Shown: positions 1-15,395, counted from the stretch's first letter. The stretch is DNA of 64,000 nucleotides from the human T2T-CHM13v2.0 reference genome, Homo sapiens (GCF_009914755.1 NC_060931.1); one strand, 5' to 3'. Translations and numbers: made by a program. Notes: generated by a model from the letters alone, not told the origin.

Positions 1-39
1 ATGGTGTATTTTTGTTTATGTCTCTCTGCTTTTTCTTTC

Positions 40-950
40 TTTTTCTTCCTTTTATTTTTAGTTGACATGAAATAATTGTCCATAGTTATGGGATATAGAA
101 TGATATTTCAACACATGTCTACAGTGCGTAATGATCAAATCATGGTAATTAGCATATTCATCACCTCACACATTTACTTTTAACCTACTTGACTCTTTAT
201 ATTTAAAGTGGGTCTCCTGTAAACAACATATAATTGGGTGGCTTTTTAAATCTACTATGACAAACTCTGTCTTTTAAATTCATATATTTAGACCATTCAC
301 ATTTAAAGTGATTATCGATTTAATTGGATTGATAGCTACCATGCTTGTAACCATTTTCTACTCATTATATTTTGTTCCTTTTTCCTTCCTCTTTTTCTGG
401 CTTTTCCGGTTTTAATCAAGCATTTTATATCTTAGCATATCAAGCATACTTCTTTTGTAAAACATTTCAGTGGTTGCCCTAGAGTTTCTGATTTACATTT
501 TTAACTAATTAAGTCTGCTTCCAAGTAACACTAAACCACTTCACATGTAGTGCAGGTACCTTAGATTATTCCCAATTTATCCTTCTCATCCCCTGTGATA
601 TTACCATCATTCATTTTACTTACCTGTATGCTGTAATCACCAAATACCAGGTCTCTCACTCTCAGGCAAATTCACACTCTGCCTCCAGCAAGTCATCAAA
701 ATTATTATTTAAGTTTTTCTACTAGTTGATCATTCTGTTGTCATCAGGTTCAGGTAAACAGATCTTGGCTATGTCTCTTTGGATTTTCCTCTCTCTCCAG
801 ATGTCAAGCTGGCAGTTTGCCTGAAACCTTTATTCTCTGAGGGACCCAAGAAAAGTCACAAATTTTCAGTTTGTTTGGTTTTTACTTTTTGTGAAGGATG
901 GGAATGATGACTTCCAAGCTCTTCATGTGTCGGAGCTGAAATTGGAAGTA
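40..950 (-). mobile_element. Old L1 fragments (L1M 3' end plus ORF2-region pieces)
   Basis: T-rich antisense L1-type text: aatgatcaaatcatggtaattagcatattcatcacctc; tttagaccattcacatttaaagtgattat. Confidence 0.7.
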
Positions 951-2269
951 GTCCAGCAGATTGGTTTACATCATGGAGACTGTAGTTGTGTTTGCTGATT
1001 TTCAAAAGCATTCAAGCCTCAGCTCAGGCATGCTTCATCCAACTAGCCAATTCTGGACTAAAAAGAGAGAGAGAGTATTTTCTAACCCACATGAAAGAGA
1101 TCATTTAATCCTCCAATCTGATCTGAGGGCCCCAGACATGGGGTTACTTGCACAAAGCAAGAACAATTAAGTCCCTGCTTTGTGTTGGTTACAACCTCAA
1201 TGACATTGGTGTCATTGTTTCAGGACACAGCTGACATTTTTCAGTACAGACACCTCAACTCCCTACCCTAAGCAAGGACTGGACTGTACAAATTCATCTC
1301 CCAGATAATCACTATTATTTATACTCTTATCCACCCAACAGCTCACCAGAATTAAACTTCTCTGTCCAAAAAAATTTTTAAATCAAGGATTTGGTTATAA
1401 TATGCACTTTAAAGACACTTAGGCAAATTGTTGGCTTAAAAAAGAAGAAGAAGAATTCTGATTTCTCCAGAACTCTATCAACTCGCACTCCCTGACTGGC
1501 AGCTCCACACAATGAGAACTGATGCTCACATTAATGACCCTCCAACGCTATAAGATCCTGGAGAGCCTTTGAATCACCCAAGAAAGATTAAATTATGTTC
1601 AGTAGTGCTTTAGCATTAAGTGCATTTTATACTGTATTCCACATCTACAGAATTTGATCTTTTACAGGAGGCACAAGGTGACTCTCTTATTGTCCAGGTT
1701 CTGATTCATTTCAGCTCAGTTTGAATTACAAAGGTTTACTAAATACCTACTGCTCATCCCAAACTATGGTACACACTGGAAGGTATATTCCATTTATTTG
1801 TGGAGCTTACAATGTCATGATTTAAACAAAAAAAAGCAAACAGGCCAACAGAACAATACACATCTTATAACCATGGTACTCAGCACATGCAAGAGTTGAT
1901 TGGATGAGTGTGTTTGCTCAATGACCTATAAACACAGTGCTAGACAGGCACAGAGACAAGAGTAATCAGAGAATGTGACACGAGGAGAAAATATTTCCAC
2001 TCAGCTATGTAAGATGATCAGGACTCTGGCAGTCAGTAAAGTGGAGGAAAGTATTTGAACAATAGGGAAAGTGATGAGAAATTCCAGGAAATGGACAAAA
2101 TCCTGGTATTTCTGGAATATGTGGGTAAGAAATGCCCTAACAGACAACTCTTAGACAACCAGCTGCAGGTACCTGCTAGTGGGGCCAAAGTGCCCAGAAG
2201 AGCTGCAGGCCAAGGTGAAATGAGCAATGCCCCATGTTCTGTGGTGAGATCTATGCAAACCTACTGCCA

Positions 2270-2642
2270 AAGTCTATGGAAACTGAGACCAAAGAAAGAG
2301 GCAGATAAATCCAGCTTCTCAGAAAATAACATTTAACAGGAACTTATGAACAGAAGCCATGTTTCAGGAGGATTCGAGATGGTTGGATCCCTGCGCTATT
2401 ACCCCCCAGACCCAGGGCTTATATACCACAGAGTATTGCCTAAGGGCAAGATAAATAGTAAATGTGTGTCTGCAATAACATCAATGTTGCTTTTACCTAA
2501 GGGCAGGATTTACAGTAAGTAAATGCTCTTACATAAGGAACCGTAGATAAAATAGAAATCTTAGCAGTATCCCCAGAACTAGGGTTAATCAGAAGTCAAC
2601 ATGGTGGATTAGCATCCAAGATGGAGTTGCTTTAGCCTCCAT
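2270..2642 (-). mobile_element. ERV LTR (LTR47/MER72-like)
   Basis: rc start TGGAGGCTAAAGCAACTCCATCTTGGATGCTAATCC. Confidence 0.7.
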
Positions 2643-3057
2643 GACCCATATGGGTGCACTGCATCTCTTCTACAAGGAAAATAGGGCTGGAGTTCAGAGA
2701 GGGCAACAGAGCAAGGAGGAGGAGAAAAGAGTTGTTAGAAGTTAGAGATATGCTGTCCCTAGGGTCATGGTGAACCCCAGCTTCATTTGGGGAGTCCATA
2801 CCCTGACACAATCATAGGAACCAGAGGCTTGGGCAGTTGTAAAACCCTCAGAGAGTATGTTAAGCACACATATACACATAGACACGTCCACATCAGAGGT
2901 GACGTCTGCAGTTGGTCTTGGTGCCCTAAGTCCACTAGGCATGTGCTTACTCATGTGCCTGTCCACTTGCATCTCCCCATTCCCCACTGCCTTTGTCTTT
3001 GTCCCATCTATATGATTGGTTCTCGTGGGCCATGTGCTTCCTCATTAGGATCAGACT

Positions 3058-3424
3058 TGTCTTAGTCTGTTCAGGCTGCTATAACAGAATACCTACACTG
3101 GGTAGCTTAAACAACAAGTCATTTCTCATGATTCTGGAGGCTGAGAAGTCCAAGATCAAGGTGCCAGCCTGTTTAGTTCCTGGTGAGGGCTCTTTTCCTG
3201 GTTTGCAGACTGCTGCCTTCTTGTTCAATCTACACATTGCAAGGGAAGATGAATCTGGTGTCTCTTTCTCTTCTTGTAAAGACACTAATTCCATCACCAG
3301 GGCCTCAACTCATGGCCTCATCTAAACCTAATCACCTCCACTTCTGAATACCATCACAGTGAGATTAGAATGTCAACATATGAATTTGTGAGAATGGAGA
3401 GGAACGCAAACATTCAGCCCATAA
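3058..3424 (-). mobile_element. MLT1A-type MaLR LTR
   Basis: tgtcttagtctgttcaggctgctataac...aagtccaagatcaaggtgccag...aaacattcagcccata. Confidence 0.85.
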
Positions 3425-3865
3425 AAAGACCTTTCCTTGAAGCCCAGAGAGCTTGGCTGGGTCCTTTCCACCTTGTCTAATTCTTGCCAGACCCATGTTT
3501 CTGCAGTTAGGACCCTGCCTGGAAAGCCTTTGCTACCGCCTAGACTCCTGCCCAGGTGGGATAAGACATTTACAACCGAAGCCCTGACACTCACCATACT
3601 TTAATAAATGTCACTCTCCAAAGACCTCTGCAGCAAACCCAAAGCCCTCGCATTTGGGAATTCTTTGGGGACTACAGGCAGCCCCAATGAAGTCAGTTTA
3701 CCTGTATCCCTTGGGCTCTGTCATTTGAACAAATGGCTCTCTCTTCCCCCATCGCCATACCCCTGTAGAGCCAGCCCTGCAGTCGGGTTAATGCATCCCA
3801 CCCCCCAACCCCTTCACAATCTCCACTGCTTCCTTCTCTGGTTTGGTCCATTTTGCAAAATAGCT

Positions 3866-4204
3866 TGTTTTTTGTTGTTGTTTTCTTTTTGTTTTTTGTT
3901 TATGTGTTCGTTTGTTTTGAGACGAAGTCTCGCTCTTGTCCCCCAGGCTGGAGTGCAATGGCGCAATCTCGGCTCACTGCAACCTCTGCCTTAACGGGTT
4001 CAAGCAATTTTCCTGCCTCAGCCTCCCAAGTGGCTCAGATTACAGGCGCCTGCCACCACGCCTGGCTAATTTTTGTATTTTTAGTAGAGATGGAGTTTCA
4101 CCATGTCGGCCAGACTGGTCTCAAACTCCTGACCTCAGGTGATCCGCCCACCTTGGCCTCCCAAAGTGCTGGGATCCCACAGGCACGAGCCACCGCGCCC
4201 GGCC
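3866..4204 (-). mobile_element. AluS (Sq/Sp-like)
   Basis: Full dimer, TSD aaaa(t/g)agcttgttttt. Confidence 0.92.
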
Positions 4205-4459
4205 AAAAGAGCTTGTTTTTATGCACTCATCTGTTCAGTCAATGTTCATTAGCACCTGTCACATGTCAGACATTGCTGGGATTCAGGAGTGAGTAAGAGA
4301 GCATGCCTTATAGGTGGCATCCAATGCAGAAATCCCTGTTCTCTAAAAGAGGCAAAAAAGTACATATGCAGAGATTTACTAACAGGAGAGCACTAGCATG
4401 CTGGGTCCAACACAGACTGCAGCTGGTACCAGGCAAGTGAGTCAGTATCCTCCCCCAGC

Positions 4460-4474
4460 AAAAAAAAAAAAAAA

Positions 4475-4551
<77 letters not shown>

Positions 4552-4560
4552 AAAAATATA
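4460..4560. repeat. Compound microsatellite (A)n(AT)n(AC)~24(AT)n
   Basis: Read directly. Confidence 0.98.
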
Positions 4561-5589
4561 AAAGCATTTCTACAACCAAGACTGTAGGAGGCAAAATGAA
4601 GAAACAGACCAGGCCTTGAATTAATGATGGTTCTAAGCTCATTAGTGGTTCCCAGTTGACATGAGGCAGCCTAACAGCTTGGTCCAGCTTCCCAGCACCC
4701 AGGATCTGAGGACAGATGCATCAGTGGGAGGCAGCTTTCCCATGGTGAGGCTCTGTGGAAGCATTTGCCACATCAGAGAGCTCTTAAAATGCTCGGTTGG
4801 AGAAGCCGCCGGGTCATATCTAAAAAGCTATGTGCTTGGCACTGAGTCTGGTGGGGCCTGATTCATACAGAAACCCCTGAGAGCCATGGACAAGAGTGTT
4901 TACAGACTTAGAAAACCCTGCATGCTCTTGTAATTTTTTTTTCTTCTCCCCTGAGAAAAGTAGGAGTTAAGAGATTTATGGAACCTCTTGATTTATGGGA
5001 GACTCAGCCCTCCTCCCCTGATGGCCTCTCTCCAGGGCATTCCCATTTGTTCACATGGGAGAAGAGAGGCAGTTCCAGGCTCCCTTGCATGGAGAGAGAA
5101 ACAGCATTTCCCCTGGACACACAGCATACTTTAGCCAGAAATCCCACAGCACTTTCTAAAACCATGAGCAATAATGATAGCATCCTGAGTGCCTCTGACA
5201 AGCTATCAGGCTTGGCTGTGTTTCCCCACTAAACCAGCATAGCACAGCCCCTGCCTCTGGGAGCTTGAATTGGCTTAGAGACTAGATTTCCTCATCTTAG
5301 ATCCTAGATTTTCCTGCCTGGCACATCAACTAGGGGCAATATCATGTTGCATTCTCTTACTCCCAAAACCTGGAAAGAGTGAGACAAAAGCTGGTGCAAG
5401 GTTGGTCTGTGAGTCCTACCTTCCCCGGGAGATGCCTACGGTGGCATGAACTTGTCAAGGAGGCAGAGAAGGTCCCTCCATCACATGACCAAATGAGACT
5501 TCCCTAACTGTAATACCAAGTCCTGCCACCCTCCGAGGGATGTTTCATTACTTTGCTCCCTTTGCAGATGTGGGAACAAAAGTACAGAA

Positions 5590-5895
<306 letters not shown>

Positions 5896-6504
5896 TGATT
5901 CTGGTCTTGCCCAGTGTCACACAGCTAGTAAAGAGTGGGGCAAGATTTGAACCCCAACACCCACTTAAGTAGGCATCCCTTCTACTCCCCTGATTCCCAG
6001 CCCCATGTTTCCCAGACCATAAGAGAGCAATTCCCAGGGCCTTCTTCTGGGATCCCAGCTGGTATGAGTCTGAGGTCTCCGGAGGGCTTACCAGATCCCC
6101 TCACCGAGCCCTTGGAGGCCCTGGGATGAAAGTGATTATGCTAAGAATGAACATTTTTTTCTTGTTAGATTGTCCATTTTTTGCCTTTCAGCACGTTCCT
6201 CGTTTCAGTCATTCCTTTTCCTTTCCAGACCCCAGGAGCCAGAAATAAACACAGGCAGTCTTCGCATTGATGTAAATAACCATTGGCTTTATTGAACCCA
6301 TCTGCTCAGGCTGTGGGTTGAAATCATAGCTCTGGAGTGTTTTCCACTCCTTGGGCATTTGGGAAGTTTAGCTGCTACCCTGCCTGGGCAAGTTTGTTGG
6401 GCTCCTTCAAGAAAGACCTTCACTACAGAAGCCATGGGTTCATTTCCTTGCTATCCTCAGGACTCAGGAGTCTAGCCCTTTTCTCCCCATTTAATTAATG
6501 CATA

Positions 6505-6934
<430 letters not shown>

Positions 6935-7200
6935 CCTCTTCTGCTCATTAACAGTCATCTTCCCTCTCACTTTTTCTCTCTTCTGGCACCCCTAGAAGCT
7001 GCCTCCTGCCTCCCAGTCTTGCAGACTGCTTGGCCCCATCAATCTGTCCTGGGACCTTGAGTTCAAGGACAGACAGAACGAATGGCTGCAACGCATAGCC
7101 ACAGCCTCTAGCACCCATCAGCCCACTGTGGCCCTATGTTGATGTCCCATGCTTCTACACTTTATACGGGGCCCTCTTCTCTTGTAATAACAATTAACAA

Positions 7201-7480
7201 CCAGGCGCCATGGCTCACGCCTGTAATCCCAACACTTTGGGAGGCCGAGACAGGCGGATCACCAAGTCAGGAGTTCGAGACCAGCCTGGCCAACATGGTG
7301 AAACCCTGTCTCTACTAAAAAAAAAAAAAAAAGCCAGGCGTGGTGGCACACACCTGTAATCCTAGCTACTCAGGAGGCTGACACAGGAGAATTGCTTGAA
7401 CCCAGGAGGTGCAGATTGCAGTGAGCCAAGATCACACCACTGCACTCCAGCCTGGGTGACAGAGTGAGACTCCATCTCAA

Positions 7481-7524
<44 letters not shown>
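7201..7524 (+). mobile_element. AluS with (AAT)n tail
   Basis: Dimer; tail 7481-7524; TSD aataa(c/t)aattaaca. Confidence 0.92.
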
Positions 7525-7525
<1 letters not shown>

Positions 7526-8123
7526 TAACAGAGCAGCTAAGTGCATCAGACACTTGTTATATGCTAGGTGCTGCCATAAGCCCTATGCAAGTATTGTTTT
7601 TTCATCCTCACAATCACTCCAGGGAACTGAGGTACTGACAGTGATGAGGTAATTTGCCCAAGATCACAGAGCTAGCAGGAGATTCACCTGGGATTTCAAC
7701 CCAAGAAGTCTGGTTCTCGGGCTGGGGTTCTTTTCTATAGAAAAACTCAGCTTTGAAGCATGCAGGTCTCCACACCCAACTGGTCTAGAAGCCCCAGCTG
7801 GGGGTCGGAGCCCATGTTTTTGGTCAAGTGTGGTTGAATTTTTGTTTTCTTATTTCTGGTTCCCCTTTGTTTTCTGGTTTTCGTTTGTTTGTTTGCCTCT
7901 CTCTCCTTCATTTCCTACTTCCCCTGAGCGTAACTCATGACTTGAGCCTTTACTGCAATCGATGGCCTGGTCCTCACTCTGTTTTTCTCTCTTGCCCCAC
8001 ATTCAGTCAGTAGCCACGTCCTATGGATTCATTCATTTCAGAAATATTTAGTGAGCACCTACTATATGCCAAGCACACAGTAGGTGAACAAGATACATGG
8101 AGTCTCTGTACGTGGGGCACTTT

Positions 8124-8837
8124 TTAGCAGCAGCAAATCCACATGAGTCTACAGCAACCTCAATTCTTGTCTCCTCGGAAGAAAGAATTCTACCAAGGAG
8201 CATAAGGCACAGGAAGAGATTGAGGCAAGTTTTAGAGCAGGAATGAAAGTTTATTCAAAAGCTTTACAGCAGGAATGAAAGGAAGTAAAGTACACTTGGA
8301 AGAGGACCACACAGCGACTTCAGAGATCAAGTGCAGTTTGACCTTGGACTTGGGGTTTTATAGGTTGGCCTGCTTCCGGAGGGTTGCATCCCTTCTCCCC
8401 TGATTCTTCCCATGGGGTGGGCTGTCCACATGCACAGTGGCCTTCCAGCATCTGGGAGGGGCCGCATGCACAGTGTGTTTCCTGAAATTGTATGCATGCT
8501 CACTTGAGGTGTTCTTCCCTTACCAGTCAAGTTTTCCTAGAGGAAGGTCATAGACCAGTGAAACTCAGCCATTTTGCCTCTTAGGGTGCATGCTTGAGCC
8601 CACTCACCCAACTCCTGAGGTCTTATTGGGAAGCTGCTGATCACCAGTTTCAGGTTTTTCCTGTCTATGGGGAAACTGCCTTTCCCTGGCACTGGCTGTG
8701 ACCAATTATATTTTAGAGAGACAGCTTAACAGCCACCCGCCTGCCCATCACCTGCTGGCTGCCTGACATTGCTGGGTTTGGAGTGGGGGTGTCCTCTCCT
8801 GCTGTGCTCATGTCTGCCTGACTGCCTGCTGGAACAC
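8124..8837 (-). mobile_element. MER50-like ERV1 LTR
   Basis: rc start TGTTCCAGCAGGCAGTCAGGCAGACATGAGCA; aattcttgtctcctcggaagaaagaattc. Confidence 0.75.
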
Positions 8838-8874
8838 TCTCAGTACGGTTGTTCTGCCTCTTGTCTCTCACACC

Positions 8875-9540
8875 CACTGGCTCAGAAACCAATACCCCAA
8901 AATATGGCATTTAGACATGCTGAAATGAAGGAGCTTCAAGGTCTCTCTAGCCTCCCCACCTCCACACCTGAGAAGCTGAAATTCCTTTATCTGCCTGAGA
9001 TCCAGAACCACCAGGGAGAACAGCTGTTTTTCTTTCCCCTCTGTCTATCTCATTGTCTATTGCAGAAAAGGAGACCAAGACATAACCACACCTGAACAGA
9101 CCCTTTTACAAGTATGAGGATTGTCTCCAATGATCATTTAAATTCCAAAGAGAACTATTTACAAGTTCCCCAATCCATTCATTCTCCCTAGTAATCCCCT
9201 CAACAGAATTCTTCTCCCTGCTCCTTTTCCATAACCTGTTTTACCAGGATCCAGGCCTCCATTCTTTCTGTAACCTCAAAATGGTCTATAAGCTTCTGGT
9301 CTTCAACTCCTGACCTCAAGCAATCCTCCTGCCTGGGCCTCCCAAAGTGCTAGGATTACAAGCATGAGCCATTGTGCCCTGCCAAGATGGCATACAATCT
9401 TCTGTAACTCACTGGGGTGTTGGGTCTTTATTCTGAAGGCCCTTGTGTATACATGTTAAATAAATTTGTATGCCTTTTCTCCTAGTAATCAATCTGCCTT
9501 ATGTCAGTGATTTTCAATAAACCTTTAGGGGGATAAAGCC
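8875..9540 (+). mobile_element. MER39-like ERV1 LTR with Alu fragment (~9295-9383)
   Basis: ggctcagaaaccaataccccaaaatatggc...aaataaatttgtatgccttttctcct. Confidence 0.7.
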
Positions 9541-9932
9541 TTTGTAAAGGCTGGTGGATCTGCCTAAATCTCTTCCACCATAGAGCAGCCTGGATCACTC
9601 ACTCACCTCCATTTAGGCTTTCCTCAAATGTCACTTTCTAAGCAAGGCCTAGCTTGTCTACCATATTTAAAACTGCACCTCACCCCTGTACTCCTGTTAC
9701 CCTCCTGTGCTTTTTATGTTACCCAGAATAATTTGTTATACATGAATTTATTTACTATATGTATTGTATTTTATATTATATATTAAATAATATATCTTTA
9801 TTACATTTATCATATTATAAAAATGTATTATATTTATACTTATTGTTTTAAGTGGAGATTTATTCTCTCTCCACTAACTCAGTAAGCTCCTTGTGAATGG
9901 GAATCTTTATTTTGCTCACAGACATATTCCAA

Positions 9933-10289
9933 TGATATGTTTTCGCTGTGTCCCCACCCAAATCTCATGTTGAATTGTAGCTCCTGTAATTCCCATGTGT
10001 CATGGGAAGGGCCCAATGGAAGGTAATTGAATCATGGGGATGGGTCTTTCCCATACTGTTCTCATGGTAGTGAACAAGTCTCAAGAGATCTGATGGTTTT
10101 ATAAAGGGGAGTTTCCCTGCACAAGCTCTCTCTTGCCTGCCGCCATGTGAGACATGCCTTTCACCTTCTGCCATGATTGTGAAGCCTCCCCAGCCATGTA
10201 GAACTGTGAGTCCATTAAACCTCTTTTTCTTTATAAATTACCCAGTCTCAGGTATGTCTTTATCAGCAGCATGAGAGCAGACTAATACA
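9933..10289 (+). mobile_element. THE1B-like MaLR LTR inside an L2 3' end
   Basis: tgatatg...tgtccccacccaaatctcat...gactaataca; imperfect 5-bp TSD (t/c)ccaa. Confidence 0.92.
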
Positions 10290-10437
10290 CCCAAGCACCT
10301 AAACTGGTACCTGATGCATAGAAGATGCTCAGTAAGTATTTGTGGACTAATGAATAAATGTGTGAATGGATGGGATATATGTCTTCAACCCTAGCTGATG
10401 CTTTGTGCATCATAGGCGTTTAATTATTGCTTACTGA

Positions 10438-10830
<393 letters not shown>

Positions 10831-11046
10831 CTCCGTTTGCATTTTTAGGTCTAAACCACAGTCATGGACCCTGTGAGGTATAATCACGATGAAGGGGAGT
10901 TCAGAGCTCACCAGGATCCCTGGCCTCACATCCCCTCTAGTCAGCAATAGGTAAGCCCATTTCCTCTCTACTTGCCCTACCCTGGGGACCCTCCTCCTGC
11001 AGACAAGGACACCAGCTCTCAATCATCAGTCTAGTCTTGCTCCTTA

Positions 11047-11504
<458 letters not shown>

Positions 11505-11599
11505 GTAAGGGGAAGTTGATGAGAATAATAAGCAAAATAATAGCTAGCCATTGTATTTATAGCAAGGTGCATATGTTTACTAAGACTTATATGTATAGT

Positions 11600-11800
11600 A
11601 AATTAACATTAACTATCAGGTATTGTTATAAGTACTTTATTTACACCAAATCAATTCTCAAAAATTTGTGTGAGGTAGGTACCATTGTCCCCATCTTACA
11701 GCCGAGGAAACTGAGGCACAGGGAGGTTAAGGAGCTTGCCAAGCTCACAGAGCCTGTAGGAGGTGGAAGCTGGAATTCAAATCCAGGCCATCTGGTTTTT
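11600..11800 (-). mobile_element. MIR
   Basis: ccccatcttacagccgaggaaactgaggcacagggaggttaag core. Confidence 0.85.
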
Positions 11801-12319
11801 CAGTTCCTGTAGGAAGCACTGGGCTGTAATGTATTTCCTGCCGAGGATTGCACAAAAAAAGAATTATTTGGACTTTAGCAGGAAGGTGGATTGGGGAGGG
11901 GTGAGCAATGGAAATAACAGATTAATTGAGAGGTCTTTATAGAATTCAGGTAGGAGATGTTGGTGGTGGACATAGGGTGGTAGCAATGAAAAACAGAGAA
12001 AAATGAACAGATTTAAGATACATTTGCGATTTGGGAAGAATGAAAGCTGATTCCTAGCTTTTGAGCTTGAGCAACTAAGTAGATCGCCATGCCTTTGATG
12101 ACACAGGAACAGGCTTGGAGGTGGAAAGTCCCCAGAACCCAGTATCCTTGCCCTTGGATAGTCTCTGAGCCCATGTCAATCCCGCAGCCACATGCTAGAG
12201 AAAGCCTAGCACACGGGTGCCAAGGTTAGCCTGCACTGGTGAGCCCATGCCAAGAACCACAAAAGCCTCATTTTCTTTAAAACACAGGGCTTGGCTGAAT
12301 TCCCCACCTAGACAGAGGC

Positions 12320-12720
12320 AAGCGCATTACTTCATCTTGTGAGCTGCATTACAGCCTCTGTTTTCGTGTATCTATTAGCGAGGCCTCTCAGCCGAAAATC
12401 CAGCCAGCCCATCAATCACTCCTCCCGGAGGCCCACAAACCAGGCAGCAGAGGCCGAAATCCCAGTAGGCATCTGTCAGCATTTGCCCATGGGACCAGGC
12501 CCCAAAGACTTCCCTGTTTATGCATAGGAGGTCTTGTTTCTTTATATTTTTAATTAAAAGCAGATTTTTATCAATCCCCCCACAAAATCTATTGGGGGAA
12601 CTTTAATTTTGCTTCCAATCTCCCTATTTAATACTCCCCTAGTGCCCATAAAAAGCTGTGGTGTTTCAGTTCATGATTTGAATCTTTACAGATAATTAGT
12701 TGGCAGAACGACTTGGAGAG
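12320..12720. promoter_or_regulatory. Candidate conserved developmental enhancer
   Basis: Repeat-free; rc TGATTGATGG 12409-12418, CTGTCA 12473, TAATTA 12551, CCCATAAAA 12645; motif content only. Confidence 0.4.
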
Positions 12721-13428
12721 AGAAGCAGGTATATATTTTCACGACTTGGTCAGGAGTGGGTGGGAAAGTGGTGGGAGAAGCATCCCCAGGCAGTCTTGGC
12801 ACATTTTGGCTCATGAAACATCAACAGCAATTCATTTAAAGACATGTTCATTTAGGTTCTTTGGCTGCTGCCATAAAAAGTGCTTTTCCCCCTTATTTCT
12901 GGCATGTCTTTATTAGAACACCTCTAGGCTCTTCCACCTTCGACTCCCCTTTCACCGTCTGTAATCATTTGACTTAACCTGCTCCCGCCACCTCAGCCTG
13001 GCCCTGAACCTGCAATCTTCTTCTCTGCAATTGTCTTTCCTGCAATGCGCTTTTCTCCTGCCTTCTCCACCTCCTCCCTCTTGATCAGCTTGCACCTCAC
13101 AGTCCCCTCCTTCCCCTCCTGTCCCCCATTCCTTCCCCTTTCAGGCTCAACTGCTATTCCCATTAACTGACCACGTTGTGTGTGGGTCAGAAGATTTGTT
13201 GGAACAAATGTACTCACCAAAGCCTGATGAGAATCTTGTGAAATGACAGTTTTACACACACACACAACAACATCTGTACTCGCTCACCCCCACTCACACA
13301 CATGCTTCTTTGACATCTGAAGAATCTGAGGCTCCTAGAGGTTACAAATTTTACTCAAGTCCTTTTCCCCCTCTTTCCCTTCCTTTTCACTCTCCATTAT
13401 CCTTCATCTCAGTTAAAAAAAATATGTA

Positions 13429-13715
13429 CGCTGGGTGCAGTGGCTCACGCCTGTAATCCCAGCACTTTGGGAGGCTGAGGGGGACGGATCACCCTGAGTT
13501 CAGGAGTTTAAGACCAGCTTAGCCAACATGGCAAAACCCCATCTCTACTAAAAATATAAACATTATCCGGGCGTGGTGGTGCATGCCTGTAATCCCAGCT
13601 ACTCAGGAAAATGATTTGAACCTGGGAGGCGGAGGTTGCAGTGAGCCAAGATCGCACCAGTGTACTCCAGCCTAGCCTGAGCAACAGAGTGAGACTCTGT
13701 CTCAAAAAAACAAAA
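13429..13715 (+). mobile_element. AluSx-like
   Basis: Alu dimer. Confidence 0.9.
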
Positions 13716-13849
13716 TGCAAATACATGAATAGATACACATACAGACATATAGGTAGACGGTCAAAGAGACAGGTACACAGAGGGACAGACAGACTGACAG
13801 AAGGTCATACACGAGGATAGTTACATAAATAGAAGAAAGGTAGACAAAC

Positions 13850-13903
13850 ACAGATAGATGATAGATAATAGATAGATGATATACAGATAGATAAATAGAT
13901 GAT

Positions 13904-13941
<38 letters not shown>

Positions 13942-13950
13942 GACAGATAG
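13850..13950. repeat. (GATA)n microsatellite, left part
   Basis: Read directly. Confidence 0.95.
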
Positions 13951-14311
13951 AGAGATGATTTGGCTCTGTGTCCCCACCCAAATCTCACTTTGAAGTGTAA
14001 TTCCCATAATCTCCACATGTCAAGGGCAGGACCAGGTGGAGGTAATTGAATCATGGGGGCAGCTTTCCCCATGCTGTTCTCGTGACAATGAGTGAGTCTC
14101 ACAAGATCTGATGGTTTTATAAGCATCTTGCATTTCCCCTGCTTTCACTCATTCTCTCTCCTGCCGCCCTGTGAAGAGGTGCCTTCCACCATGATTGTAA
14201 GTTTCCTGAGGCCTCCCCAGCCATGTGGAGCTGTAAGTCAATTAATCTTCTTTTCTTTATAAATTAACCAGTCTCGGGCATTTCTTCATAGCAGCTTGAG
14301 GACAGACTAAT

Positions 14312-14314
<3 letters not shown>
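13951..14314 (+). mobile_element. THE1C/D-like MaLR LTR
   Basis: ttggctctgtgtccccacccaaatctcac...cagactaatata. Confidence 0.92.
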
Positions 14315-14361
<47 letters not shown>

Positions 14362-14420
14362 GATAGATAGATGATACATATATACATACATGGATAGATA
14401 CATAGATATGATAGATAAAT
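14312..14420. repeat. (GATA)n microsatellite, right part
   Basis: Read directly. Confidence 0.95.
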
Positions 14421-14652
14421 GAGAAAGAGACTGCAATAGCTGGCAAAAATCAACCAAATATCCCCTCCATCTTTTGTCCTTTTTCACATGAAGCTCTCCC
14501 ATTTGCATTTCTTACTCTACTTCTTCTCCTGTAATCTTCTGCTAGGTGGAATTGTAACTTGATGAAAACTCCATGAGGTAGATTTTAAAGACTGGGAACA
14601 ATAAGAAGTAGCTAAGAGGGCTGTGTGGTGGCCCAGGTGTCAATCACAACAA

Positions 14653-14737
14653 ATGAGCCAGGGGTGAGAAAGCTCTTCCTTTGTAAACAGTCAGATGAGC
14701 CAGGGGGTGGGAAAGCTCTTCCTTTGTAAACAGTCAG
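14653..14737. repeat. 42/43-bp tandem duplication
   Basis: atgagccagggg(g)tg(a/g)gaaagctcttcctttgtaaacagtcag x2. Confidence 0.97.
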
Positions 14738-14814
14738 GTTCTCACATGTGGGAGGGTGTCAGATCAATTCATAATTCAACAGGGTTTAATGTGCAAGGGG
14801 AGGTGCCTTACCAT

Positions 14815-14972
14815 GCATTTGAATTACCCAGAGGACTTCTTAACCCACAGATTGTTAAGCTCTACCCCAAGAGTTTCTGCTTCCACAGATCTGGGTAGGG
14901 CCTGAGAATTCACATTTTCTGGATAATGCTGATTGTTGCTGGTCCAGGGACCTCACTTGGAGAACTGCTGCT
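14815..14972 (-). mobile_element. MER5A
   Basis: tctgggtagggcctgagaatt...gctgattgttgctggtccagggacctcacttggagaac. Confidence 0.8.
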
Positions 14973-15048
14973 GTAAAATAATTTTTCAGAGGCTATTTTG
15001 GCTACTATGTTGATGTTCAATCATGTCCCTTTTAATTAAATCCTATTA

Positions 15049-15395
<347 letters not shown>

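Noticed and set aside
2055-2336. 93-aa non-Alu ORF
   Set aside because: Non-ATG start, runs into an LTR, no recognisable domain
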